From a virus (lineage: Duplodnaviria; Caudoviricetes), in IMG/VR virus record IMGVR_UViG_3300018429_000004, positions 1 through 58,561 of that record: DNA of 58,561 nucleotides. One strand, written 5' to 3'. The stretch's first letter is position 1; every line of letters starts with the position of its first letter. The translations under genes and the position numbers were made by a program. The notes beneath the pieces are model-generated. The model worked only from the letters and a program-made list of their open reading frames with translations, did no database searches and had not been told where the DNA came from. Shown here in pieces: positions 19,821-28,538 of the stretch.

Positions 19821-20118
19821 GCACCCCTGTGATCGTCGAGCCGACGAACGCCACGATCGCGGCGCTCGGGAAGGACAGGCCGACGGCGAAGTAGAGCAGC
19901 GTCGCGTAGCCGACGTTCAGCCACCAGCCCAGGCACCAGGGGCAATCGATCAGGTCGTGTCGCCAGGTCCCTTCCGGGAAGAGCACCTCGCGTGGCCGCT
20001 CGAAGATGCTGTCCCGAGCGACCATCCGCCAGAGGCGGTGGGACAAGAAGCCCGAGAAGAAGGCGGACATCGCCAGCGAGGCGAGGTTCGTGACCGAGTA
20101 CCACTCCTCGATGCTCAC
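19804..20118 (-). CDS. DUF1360-like membrane protein
   Basis: RLWRMVARDSIFERPR...LIDCPWCLGWW plus transmembrane helices. Confidence 0.7.
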   Translation of the reverse strand: MSIEEWYSVTNLASLAMSAFFSGFLSHRLWRMVARDSIFERPREVLFPEGTWRHDLIDCPWCLGWWLNVGYATLLYFAVGLSFPSAAIVAFVGSTITGVLGRGD

Positions 20119-20540
20119 TGAGCCGCTGCCCGCTGCTCCGCCACAGTGGCCCCGAACAGCGCGGCGACGTCATGCTCGACCAGCACGGGCTCCAGGCTGA
20201 GCAGTTCCTTCTTCAGCCGCGCCGCGTTGCACGAGCAGACCTGTGACCAGGACATCACGCCCGGCTCGATCGCGTCCGGGTCAACGGCGGCTGCCGCAGG
20301 GCCGAGCAGGCGCAGGCTGCCCTGGCGGCCGAAGACCCGGCGCCCGGCGTCCGCCGGAGCGACCGCGAACACCAGCGGGTCGACCGCCCCCTCATACTCG
20401 TTGGGCCTGATGGTGACGTAGGTGCCGGAGGGGGAGGAGTAGTAGTCCAGCCGCCCGGTGGCGACCTGGGTCTTGCCCCCGGCGATCGACAGGGTCAGGT
20501 TCTTGATCGGCTCGATCACGTGGATGGGGTCAGTGCCCAT
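20115..20540 (-). CDS. Hypothetical protein, first gene of the structural operon
   Basis: Start MGTDPIH after GGAG; CSC motif; stop overlaps the next gene. Confidence 0.6.
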   Translation of the reverse strand: MGTDPIHVIEPIKNLTLSIAGGKTQVATGRLDYYSSPSGTYVTIRPNEYEGAVDPLVFAVAPADAGRRVFGRQGSLRLLGPAAAAVDPDAIEPGVMSWSQVCSCNAARLKKELLSLEPVLVEHDVAALFGATVAEQRAAAQ

Positions 20541-20604
20541 GACTGGGTCTCCTTGGCTATGCCGGTTACGGGACGATGTCCTCACTGTAGGTCACACTGA
20601 GGAC

Positions 20605-22071
20605 ATGACGGAAGGCCTGCTCCCCGACCCAGCCACGCTGGCGCAGATGACCCCTGACCAGATCCGCGCGCTGCTCGCAGACATGCCGGACGCCCACCTG
20701 GCCGCGCTGGCTGAGGCCACCGAGCCCGCCGAGCAGGGGGAGCGAGTCGACCTGCTCCCGCACCAGGAGCCTCCGCCGCCCGGCTGGGATGGCTGGGTGC
20801 TGATGGGCGGGCGTGGCTGCGGCAAGACGTTCACCACCGCCTACTTCCTGGGCCAACTCGCCAGCAGTGTCCCGGGCCTGCGTGGCCGGATCATCGCTCC
20901 GACCCTGGCCGACGCCGTGAACTCCGTGGTCAACGACCCGCAGTCCGGCATCCTTGCCCACTTCCCCAAGGCGGTCCTGAAGACCAGCGGTGTCGAGGGC
21001 GTACGCCTCTCCTTCCCCAACGCCTCCACGCTGTGGTGCGTCGGCACGCCGTCCAAGAAGGATGTCGACCGCCTGCGAGCACTGACCAACATCGACATCG
21101 ACCACTTCGAGGAGGCGGCCGCCAACCCGATGCTCGCCGAGGCGGTCAGCCAGGCAGCGCTGTCCCGCCGAGGCAACCGACTGCCCAAGCCGGTCTGGAT
21201 GGCGTCCACCACGCCACGCCCCACCGAGCAGATCAAGGCCTGGAAGGCCTCGTCGGAGGATGTGCTCGGCGAGGGCGAGATCGTCGTGCTGCGCAAGGCC
21301 CGGCTGCAGGACAACCCCTACACCCCCGACGCCTACCACCACCACGCCGAGCGGCTCAAGGGCACGCGGATCTACCGCCAGGAGATCCTCGGCGAGATCC
21401 TCGAAGACGTCGAGGGTGCTCTCTGGACGCAGACCGACTTCGACCGCTCTGTGGGCCCGGTCCGCTGGCAGGATCTCGTCAAGGTCGTCGTCGGTGTCGA
21501 CCCCCCGTCCGGAGCAGGCACCTGTGGCATCGTCGTGGTCGGCAAGGACACCAACGGTCACGTCTGGGTGCTGGCCGACTACAGCATCGAGGACGCCCAG
21601 CCCGGCGAGTGGGCACGGCGCGTCGTCCAGGCCTCCGAGGACTTCGGTGGCTGCCTGGTCGTGGCCGAGACGAACCAGGGCGGCCGGATGGTCACCAGCG
21701 TGCTGAAGGCCGCCAAGCAGACCCTGCCGGTGCAGACCGTGGTCGCGACCGAGGGTAAGAAGACCCGGGCAGAACCGATCGCGGTCCTGTGGGAGGCCGA
21801 GGAGCAGATCGCTCACCTCAGCGGGGACGTGCCTTCGGGTGTGTCTCTGGATCTCCTCGTCGACCAGTGCCTGCAGTGGGTGCCGGGCGTCGGCAACTCA
21901 CCGGACCGCGTGGACGCGATGGTCTGGGCGGCCACCTACCTGCTGCCCGAGGTCATCAAGCAGTGGAAGGTCGTCGGCACGATCATCGGTGGACGAGGGC
22001 GTACTGCTGGCGGCACAGTCGTCGGAGCAGGCAAGGTTTCTTGGACAGGCGGCCGTAAGGCGGCGCAATGA
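20605..22071 (+). CDS. terL: Terminase large subunit
   Basis: Walker A MGGRGCGKT, Walker B HFEEAA, STTPRP, QEILGE, nuclease VVGVDP and SPDRVDAMVWA. Confidence 0.93.
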   Translation: MTEGLLPDPATLAQMTPDQIRALLADMPDAHLAALAEATEPAEQGERVDLLPHQEPPPPGWDGWVLMGGRGCGKTFTTAYFLGQLASSVPGLRGRIIAPTLADAVNSVVNDPQSGILAHFPKAVLKTSGVEGVRLSFPNASTLWCVGTPSKKDVDRLRALTNIDIDHFEEAAANPMLAEAVSQAALSRRGNRLPKPVWMASTTPRPTEQIKAWKASSEDVLGEGEIVVLRKARLQDNPYTPDAYHHHAERLKGTRIYRQEILGEILEDVEGALWTQTDFDRSVGPVRWQDLVKVVVGVDPPSGAGTCGIVVVGKDTNGHVWVLADYSIEDAQPGEWARRVVQASEDFGGCLVVAETNQGGRMVTSVLKAAKQTLPVQTVVATEGKKTRAEPIAVLWEAEEQIAHLSGDVPSGVSLDLLVDQCLQWVPGVGNSPDRVDAMVWAATYLLPEVIKQWKVVGTIIGGRGRTAGGTVVGAGKVSWTGGRKAAQ

Positions 22072-22104
22072 GTATGGGGCGGTAGCCCTAGAAAGGAGTA
22101 GGCT

Positions 22105-22266
22105 ATGAACTGGCTCTATCCGCGTACAGCACTGGATATGCTCTTTCCCGGGCCGTTCTGGTATCTCTGTGTATGGTGCGTGATGGTCTTTGTGTTTGTA
22201 GGGGCTGCTTCTTGGGATCTGGGAGTTCTTCTAGCTAGAGGCATTCGGTGGGTGTTGGACCGGTAG
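22105..22266 (+). CDS. 53-aa membrane peptide (not in ORF track)
   Basis: Strong GAAAGGAG RBS; MNWLYPRTALDMLFPGPFWYLCVWCVMVFVFVGAASW...; lower GC than flanks. Confidence 0.5.
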   Translation: MNWLYPRTALDMLFPGPFWYLCVWCVMVFVFVGAASWDLGVLLARGIRWVLDR

Positions 22267-22436
22267 TTGACACGTCAATTACCTTCTCGGTTCTCCCCAA
22301 AACCTCGTGAGGGGCTGCCGCCCCGAAGGGAACGAACGCAGATGACCGGCCTCCGGGTCGCCGTCCCCGAACCCCACCCACGGCCTGAGAGGCCCTCACA
22401 TCGCCGTATACGCCTCCTCCGTCACCATCCTTACAA

Positions 22437-22543
22437 TCTCTGTTACGAACACCGCTTCATACACAAGACGTAACCAGTACGGATACATTCTCTGTTACCA
22501 ACACCCTAGAGATATACGTTTCTTCTACAGAGTAGTAACAGAG
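22437..22543. repeat. Short direct and inverted repeats in an AT-richer non-coding region
   Basis: TCTCTGTTACGAACACC (22437-22453), TCTCTGTTACCAACACC (22489-22505), inverted GTAACAGAG (22535-22543). Confidence 0.7.
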
Positions 22544-22880
22544 CGCACACAGGACGTACAAACGGGGTTGTACTAGTGGGGCATCGCTCGGGCGGTGCTC
22601 GCCCGGCCCTGGCAGCCACTCGCCAGACGTCGCAACCCTCACGGGTGTGGGTGAACGGAGGTGGGGCCCTGGCCGCAACGCGGGCCCTGAGTGGAGGACA
22701 ACTCAACACAGGATGAACACGGGCAACGTGGACAGGTACGACCATCTACGCGATGGCGACGCACTGAGAAGTGCAGGTAGGCGCACGACGTAAGCCCCGT
22801 GGACGACAGACACACCCGTGTCTGGCGTACGCCGCTGGACTCTCCCCAGCCGCGTACGTCACCCACGAAAGGAACGTCGA

Positions 22881-23186
22881 ATGAGGTATCTCCTCGCCGC
22901 TCTCGCGGCCGTACTCGTCACCCTGGCCATCCCCGCCCCCTCGCACGCTGCGAGAGGTGCGGTGAGGCTTGAGGCGCCGACGCGGCACGTCAGCCACGTC
23001 AGGATCACCTACGTTCAGCCCGCCCGCGCGAACCGCGTGTGGGTGGAGTTCAACACCGGGTCGCTCTGGTCACTCAGAGTCTGCCCCGCCGAGGACTCCA
23101 GCAACTGCTACTGGGATGCCCGCAAGCAGGGCAACGGCCACGGCCGGTCCTTCGCCACGATCAAGGGGAAGACGTACTACCGATGA
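22881..23186 (+). CDS. Secreted hypothetical protein
   Basis: GAAAGGAA RBS; signal peptide MRYLLAALAAVL; CPAEDSSNCYWDA...GNGHGRSF. Confidence 0.7.
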   Translation: MRYLLAALAAVLVTLAIPAPSHAARGAVRLEAPTRHVSHVRITYVQPARANRVWVEFNTGSLWSLRVCPAEDSSNCYWDARKQGNGHGRSFATIKGKTYYR

Positions 23187-23399
23187 TTTGGAAGATCGCC
23201 CAGCACCTGGTCCCCAACCCCCTGACCGGTCTGCTCATGCTCGCCGTCCCGGTCTACGCGTTCGTGGTCACCGGGACCTACTTCGCTCCCTGAGCGGCCG
23301 TAACGCATGGGTCAGGGGTTAAACGCCCCCTGGCCCGTGTGAGTCGACCGACTCGCCCAGCCTTGCCCGCGTGAAGCGGGCCGATGAGAGGAACCACCC

Positions 23400-23834
23400 A
23401 TGCCCACCATCACCGACGTCAAGACGGCCCGCGCCCTGATCACCTTCGAGCGCGACCGGAACAAGGTCGTGTACTCGGCCTACATCGCCGCGAACGCGGT
23501 CACGCTCGACACCGTCTCCGACCACGTCGCGGCCCTGACCGAACTCGCGTTCCCGAACGTGACCACCGACGCGGCTGATGAGGTCAAGGCTGCGCGCAAG
23601 GGCTTCATGAACCGCGTGCGGAACGGCCTCAACCACCGTCTCGGCAAGCGCACCCCCTCGCAGGAAGCCGCTGAGCCGAGCACGGTCGAACCTGAGGTCG
23701 CCGAAGTCTCCCAGACAAGCGACAACGCGTTCGTCGAGACCCCCGCAGAGGCGATTCACCGCGTGGTCCACGCGGCGTACGCCGCCGGACTCACCCGTGA
23801 CGACGTCCTCGCTGCCGTCGAAGCCGCCCTGTGA
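23400..23834 (+). CDS. Hypothetical early protein
   Basis: 144 aa; GAGAGGAACCACCC RBS; strong GC3 bias. Confidence 0.75.
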   Translation: MPTITDVKTARALITFERDRNKVVYSAYIAANAVTLDTVSDHVAALTELAFPNVTTDAADEVKAARKGFMNRVRNGLNHRLGKRTPSQEAAEPSTVEPEVAEVSQTSDNAFVETPAEAIHRVVHAAYAAGLTRDDVLAAVEAAL

Positions 23835-24053
23835 ACGCACGAGCACGGCGTGACGCCCGCCGCAGACCTGCCCGGCGGGCGTACGCCCGGATCTCGACCA
23901 CGGACGCGATGAAGCCTGCCGTGGGCCGACGTGGCGGGGTCTCCTACCAGGGCTCCGGGCAGGCTGGTCACCGCTCCGAGTGGGCCCAGTCAGCCACTCG
24001 ACGCGATGCCGTCACGATCGATCGCAGGTGGGACACGACCGTCTCGCAGGCGG

Positions 24054-24065
24054 GATAGATCTATC
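24054..24065. promoter_or_regulatory. Palindrome GATAGATCTATC (operator-like)
   Basis: Exact 12-bp core, extended as GGG...CCC. Confidence 0.7.
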
Positions 24066-24347
24066 CCCAACCGTTTCTAGCAGAGTTCTTAGAGACGAGT
24101 GTATGCAGTTGCGGCACTGCCGCCGCTCGGGGGACCGACACTCGGCGCGAATCTCTACGAAGATCTCTGTGTGAGTTTCTAAGAGAAGCTGTGTTTATTC
24201 ACCCCCAAGCGTGGTTTTATTCATAGAGAGAATCGATAACGTTACGCGCGAGCACACCCACACAGGGGGTCGAGTTGCGGCACCTAAACTGCCGCCACTC
24301 ATTCTTGGCTGCATACACTCAGCCGCCACTCGTTCTTTCACACAAGG

Positions 24348-24359
24348 GATAGATCTATC
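24348..24359. promoter_or_regulatory. Palindrome GATAGATCTATC (operator-like)
   Basis: Exact core, upstream of the gene at 24397. Confidence 0.7.
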
Positions 24360-24396
24360 TCAGACATGCGACACCCACCCCGAAAGGAACCACCCC

Positions 24397-24771
24397 ATGC
24401 CTACCTCAGCCTTCACCTCTGCCCCCGCCGTCACCCAGACTTCCCCGATCGCCGACCGCGTCAATCTCGGCATCTCCTGGCTGGATGAGAACGCCCCTGC
24501 TTGGCGTACGCCCGTCAACCTGGACACGCTCGACCTGGGCCTCTCCACCGACTGCATCCTCGGCCAGGTCTTCTACGCTGAGGCCGCCTGGGAGGGGTAC
24601 TACAACGGGTTCGACTACATCCTGAACTCCGGCGACTTCAAAGACGCTGCTGGCGGCTCCCTGACCACTGCCTGGATGCTCCGCCACGGGTTTGAGGTCT
24701 ACGACGAGACGTACGCCCGCCTGACTGCCGCGTGGCGGCTGGCGCTCTCCCAGACAAGCAACGAGGACTGA
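24397..24771 (+). CDS. Hypothetical early protein
   Basis: Start MPTSAF after GAAAGGAACCAC; G..WLD...P.W...NL..L......CILGQ motif. Confidence 0.7.
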   Translation: MPTSAFTSAPAVTQTSPIADRVNLGISWLDENAPAWRTPVNLDTLDLGLSTDCILGQVFYAEAAWEGYYNGFDYILNSGDFKDAAGGSLTTAWMLRHGFEVYDETYARLTAAWRLALSQTSNED

Positions 24772-24774
24772 GCC

Positions 24775-25155
24775 ATGCTCGCCCACATCACCGACCGTGC
24801 CCCCGAGCGCACCTACGCCGTGGTCATCGAGAGGCGCGACCTCGTGCTCGCGATGGAGCCCCACCCCGGGCACCACGTCATCGACAACGCCGACGCCCGC
24901 ATCATCGCCTCCTGGTATCACTCACCGGGGCCCTGCTGCCAGCACATCACCCTGCTCTCCCACGGCCTGCCGTTCGACACCGCCGAACTGCGTCAGGAGA
25001 TCCACGAGGAGATCGAGCCCATCGACACCCGGGACGCCGCCGCCCTACGCCACTGGCTCAACGACGTCGAGGCCCAGCGGATGCTCACTGGCACCTGGTG
25101 CGACTGCGACCCGTTCGGCCACCGTCGCGGCTGTCCGCGCCGCCCTGGCGCGTAG
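24775..25155 (+). CDS. Hypothetical protein
   Basis: 126 aa; GAGG RBS; ARIIASWYHSP. Confidence 0.6.
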   Translation: MLAHITDRAPERTYAVVIERRDLVLAMEPHPGHHVIDNADARIIASWYHSPGPCCQHITLLSHGLPFDTAELRQEIHEEIEPIDTRDAAALRHWLNDVEAQRMLTGTWCDCDPFGHRRGCPRRPGA

Positions 25156-25387
25156 AGCACCCAGCATGGCCGCCCGGGATAGCCGGGAGACCGTGCTGGC
25201 TGCTCTGACGGCCAACCAAGAGGAGGTGAGACCAGTGCTCTACTGAACACGCCCCAGGGCCCTCACGGGCCCACCCGGCTCCCGAGGTACGGCGATGAGG
25301 CCACGACTGCCAGCAGGCGGCGTGTACGCGGTTCGACTCCGCCCTGAGCCACCCAGACAAGCGACGACCTACGAGAGGACCCACCCC

Positions 25388-25729
25388 ATGCTCTACATGA
25401 CTGCCTACGACCTCGACGACGCCATCATGCGCTTCACCGAGACCGCTCCCCGCCGAGCACAGGTGGCCCGCACCGTCCGGGCCCTGAGCGAGTGGACCGA
25501 CCGCAACAGCGACGGTTGGGTGTACTGGCCCAAGCCCCGACAGGCCGCCGCCCGTGCCATGGAGCAGATCGCGTCCACTACCTACGTGGAGGACAGCAGG
25601 CAGGAGACGACCGACCTGACCGAGGCGGGCATGACCGCTGTGCTCCGCCCCATCCGCGCCTTCTGCACCCGCCAGATCAACGCAAGCACCATGACCCCCG
25701 CCGAGCGTGACCAGATCCTGAGAGGCTGA
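25388..25729 (+). CDS. Hypothetical protein
   Basis: Start MLYMTAYD after GAGAGGAC; WTDRNSDGWVYWPKP motif. Confidence 0.7.
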   Translation: MLYMTAYDLDDAIMRFTETAPRRAQVARTVRALSEWTDRNSDGWVYWPKPRQAAARAMEQIASTTYVEDSRQETTDLTEAGMTAVLRPIRAFCTRQINASTMTPAERDQILRG

Positions 25730-25838
25730 CAACCATGAGCACCGTGCCTCGGCGACCGACCCCTAAGCCGTTCGTCGCCCCCGTCCACACCATCCGCAAT
25801 ACCGCCCGGGTCCCCGGGCAGAAGGGAAAGGCCTAACC

Positions 25839-26099
25839 ATGGCACTCACGCCCCTGAGCAAGACCGAGGTCACCGTCGAGTCCATCACCCGACTGACCAA
25901 CAGCCGCAACGGCAACCCGCGTTGGCGGCTGCAGGTCGCCACGGTCGACGAGAACCAAGTCGTCCACTCGGTGTCCTACGCCACAGCGCCCGACGTCATG
26001 GCCGCCTACAAGGTCTGTCAGCCGATGGTCGGCAAGCGGGTCACCCTGACCCTCGACGAGAAGTCGCAGATCCAGTTCATCGACTGGGAGATCCTGTGA
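25839..26099 (+). CDS. Hypothetical protein
   Basis: 86 aa; RLTNSRNGNPRW motif; GAAAGG RBS. Confidence 0.65.
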   Translation: MALTPLSKTEVTVESITRLTNSRNGNPRWRLQVATVDENQVVHSVSYATAPDVMAAYKVCQPMVGKRVTLTLDEKSQIQFIDWEIL

Positions 26100-26320
26100 T
26101 GTGGCCCTTCAGTTGGTTCATGAAGGAGGACCCGACCGCCGTCCGGCCCAAGCCCCGGGGCAAGACCTCCTGGTGGCCCCTGATCGCCTTCGTGATCGTC
26201 CTGGCGTTCGCGGGCAAGGGCTGCCAGGAGAACAAGGCACCCGACCCCTGCCCGCCGGGCGCCTGCAAGCCGGTCCCGCACAGCACCATCTCGCCCGAAG
26301 ACGTGGAGCGCCTGCCATGA
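26099..26320 (+). CDS. Small membrane or lipoprotein-like protein
   Basis: MWPFSW...; hydrophobic helix followed by GKGC. Confidence 0.5.
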   Translation: MWPFSWFMKEDPTAVRPKPRGKTSWWPLIAFVIVLAFAGKGCQENKAPDPCPPGACKPVPHSTISPEDVERLP

Positions 26321-26595
26321 GCGACGCCATCATCGGCGGCCTGGCCGGGTTCTGGACCGCCGCCATCATCTACGGCGTGATCTACCTGGCCACCCGCGTG
26401 AAGTGCTGGTGGGTCGAGCGCAACGCACCCTGGCGGCGCATGTCCATCCACGAGTGGTTCGAGGCCTCCGCCGCAACGGTCCGCTCCAAGGATGGGCACA
26501 ACCACATGGACCTTCACTGCGTCTACTGGGATCCCCGGTACAGCGCGACGACCTTGGACCGTTGCCCCGTCTGCAACCCGGAGCGCAAGCCATGA
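26317..26595 (+). CDS. Small membrane protein
   Basis: MSDAIIGGLAGFW...; C-terminal CPVC; ATGA overlap. Confidence 0.5.
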   Translation: MSDAIIGGLAGFWTAAIIYGVIYLATRVKCWWVERNAPWRRMSIHEWFEASAATVRSKDGHNHMDLHCVYWDPRYSATTLDRCPVCNPERKP

Positions 26596-26835
26596 GAGAA
26601 GACCAGACAAGCGACCTCACCGACGACGAGCGCCGCGTATACCAGTCGCTGGTCTCGCGTGGTGTCGACCCCAAGGACGCCCTGACCGACGCACTCGATG
26701 GTGTCACGCTCGACACAGCCAGAGAGGTACGCCGACCATGATCGACGGCGCCATCATCGGCATCATCCTGTGGCTCACGCTCGCCGCCACCGCGATCATC
26801 GTCGCGATGCACAGCCCCGACCGAGAGGACTGACC

Positions 26836-27024
26836 ATGAAGGTGATCCGCGCACTGAGCGTCACCTACAACCCTGCAGCCGACTGCTTGGCCGAGGACTG
26901 CGGGTTCGCCACGCCGCTCAGCCCCGACGCCCGCAACCAGGCCAAGATGCACGTCAAGGCGACCGGCCATGAGGTCCGCGTCATCACCGAGACCGTGGAC
27001 CTGTACCGACCCGACAACACCTGA
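26836..27024 (+). CDS. Small Cys/His (Zn-finger-like) protein
   Basis: C....C...H....GH pattern; GAGAGG RBS. Confidence 0.55.
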   Translation: MKVIRALSVTYNPAADCLAEDCGFATPLSPDARNQAKMHVKATGHEVRVITETVDLYRPDNT

Positions 27025-27043
27025 TCCACACCGACCCACCCGG

Positions 27044-27055
27044 GATAGATCTATC
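27044..27055. promoter_or_regulatory. Palindrome GATAGATCTATC (operator-like)
   Basis: Exact core, intergenic. Confidence 0.7.
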
Positions 27056-27110
27056 CAGGCCGCTGCGCAGCAGCGAGCCCCTCCCACCCAACTGAGAGGA
27101 ACCACCCATC

Positions 27111-28295
27111 ATGACCACCTTCACCCGTACCGCCGAGGTCACCGACGCGGTGACCACCACCGCTCGCAACGCCAACCTGCCCACCCTCGTGACGATGCTC
27201 CGAGACCGGGCCGCTCGCTCGGTGGACCTCGTCGTCCCAGCCACGTCCATCGCCGCCTTCCAGGGCGACTTCTACGTCCAGGGCTCCACCCCGGTGCTCT
27301 CCGCCGACGGGGTCACCTCGGTCGACGGCCGCTACAGCCTCTCCACCGTCGCGCTGGAGGGCGTGGCCGACCGGACCGGCGTGCCGATCAAGTACCTGCG
27401 AGAGATCCACGCCGAGCGCCCGGACCTGTTCTCGGCCACTGTCAACCATATCTGGCGCGGCGGGTTCTCCAAGGACCACGTCACTCACGAGCCCGACGCC
27501 CGCTCGTTCATGCTGCGCACCTTGCTCAGCCCTGAGTCGGGGCGGCCGAACCTGCTCCGCGCCGTGCTCTCCGACAAGTACAAGCGGATCGACGACCTGG
27601 AGGTGGCCACGGCCATCCTCACCGGCCTGCAGAGCGCTGGCATCAGCGACGCCAAGGTCTCCGGTGACCTAACCGAGCGCCGCATGATGCTCCGCATCGA
27701 GGTGCCCTCCATCGCCACGCAGGGCCGCGCCCTGGTCGAGGCCTACCGGTCGCCCTACCGCAAGGAGGGTGAGCAGTCGCCGCTGGTCCACGCCGGGCTG
27801 GAGGTGCGTACCTCCTCGGTCGGCTGCGGTGCCTTCGAGATCGTGCCCCGCCTGGTGATCCAGGCATGCGACAACGGCCTGCGGGTCGACGCGCTCGGGA
27901 AGATCCGCGAGGTCCACCTCGGCGGCCGCCTGGAGCAAGGCATCGTGAACTGGTCGGACTCCACCGAGCGCAAGAACATGGAGCTGCTGCAGGCCAAGAC
28001 GGTCGACGCGGTCACCACGTTCCTGAGCCCGGGCTTCCTGACCCGCGCCGTCGAGCAGGCCAGCCTCAAGGCGGGCGAGGAGGTCGCCAACGAGAAGCAC
28101 GTGCGCGACATCACCAAGCCGCTGGGCGTGACCAACGCCGAGGTCGACGCCCTCATGGGCTTCTTCGTCGCAGGCGGCCAGACCAACCGCGCCGGTCTCG
28201 CCAACGCCCTGACCGCGATGGCGCAGGCCACCCCCGACGGTGACCGTGCTGGCGACCTGGAGGTCGCTGGCGCGGCCGTGCTGGGGCTGGTGTGA
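27111..28295 (+). CDS. DUF932-like protein
   Basis: 394 aa; RAVLSDKYKRID and S.VG.GAF...PRL....C.NG motifs. Confidence 0.7.
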   Translation: MTTFTRTAEVTDAVTTTARNANLPTLVTMLRDRAARSVDLVVPATSIAAFQGDFYVQGSTPVLSADGVTSVDGRYSLSTVALEGVADRTGVPIKYLREIHAERPDLFSATVNHIWRGGFSKDHVTHEPDARSFMLRTLLSPESGRPNLLRAVLSDKYKRIDDLEVATAILTGLQSAGISDAKVSGDLTERRMMLRIEVPSIATQGRALVEAYRSPYRKEGEQSPLVHAGLEVRTSSVGCGAFEIVPRLVIQACDNGLRVDALGKIREVHLGGRLEQGIVNWSDSTERKNMELLQAKTVDAVTTFLSPGFLTRAVEQASLKAGEEVANEKHVRDITKPLGVTNAEVDALMGFFVAGGQTNRAGLANALTAMAQATPDGDRAGDLEVAGAAVLGLV

Positions 28296-28477
28296 GCATG
28301 CTGCGTACCTACACCATGCCCATCCGCCAGACCGAGCCATACGTCGAGGATCTCGAACTCACCGTCACGATCGAGCATGACTCCTACCCCACACTCACCA
28401 TCGGGAGTCTGACCTTCCAACTGGGCTCTCGGAACACCGAAGACCTGCGCGAGATCTTCAACCAGTTCGACGACTGA
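28292..28477 (+). CDS. Hypothetical protein
   Basis: 61 aa; GTGA overlap with the upstream gene. Confidence 0.5.
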   Translation: MSMLRTYTMPIRQTEPYVEDLELTVTIEHDSYPTLTIGSLTFQLGSRNTEDLREIFNQFDD

Positions 28478-28487
28478 CCACCCACCC

Positions 28488-28517
28488 GAGGGGCCGGATA
28501 GATCTATCCGGCCCCTC
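28488..28517. promoter_or_regulatory. 30-bp perfect palindrome centred on GATAGATCTATC
   Basis: GAGGGGCCGGATAGA|TCTATCCGGCCCCTC. Confidence 0.75.
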
Positions 28518-28538
28518 CCCACCACCGAGAGGACCACC

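Noticed and set aside
1071-19832. Long plus-strand ORFs opposite structural genes (1071-3086, 4035-5741, 11859-13586, 15308-17863, 17916-19832)
   Set aside because: Shadow ORFs caused by high GC3 codon bias; no motifs, and they fully overlap well-supported genes.
22267-22300. Sigma70 promoter at TTGACA 22267
   Set aside because: No recognisable -10 hexamer at a suitable spacing on either strand.
23340-23400. Hammerhead ribozyme in the structured leader
   Set aside because: It has CCGATGAG rather than CTGATGA and no correctly placed GAAA core.
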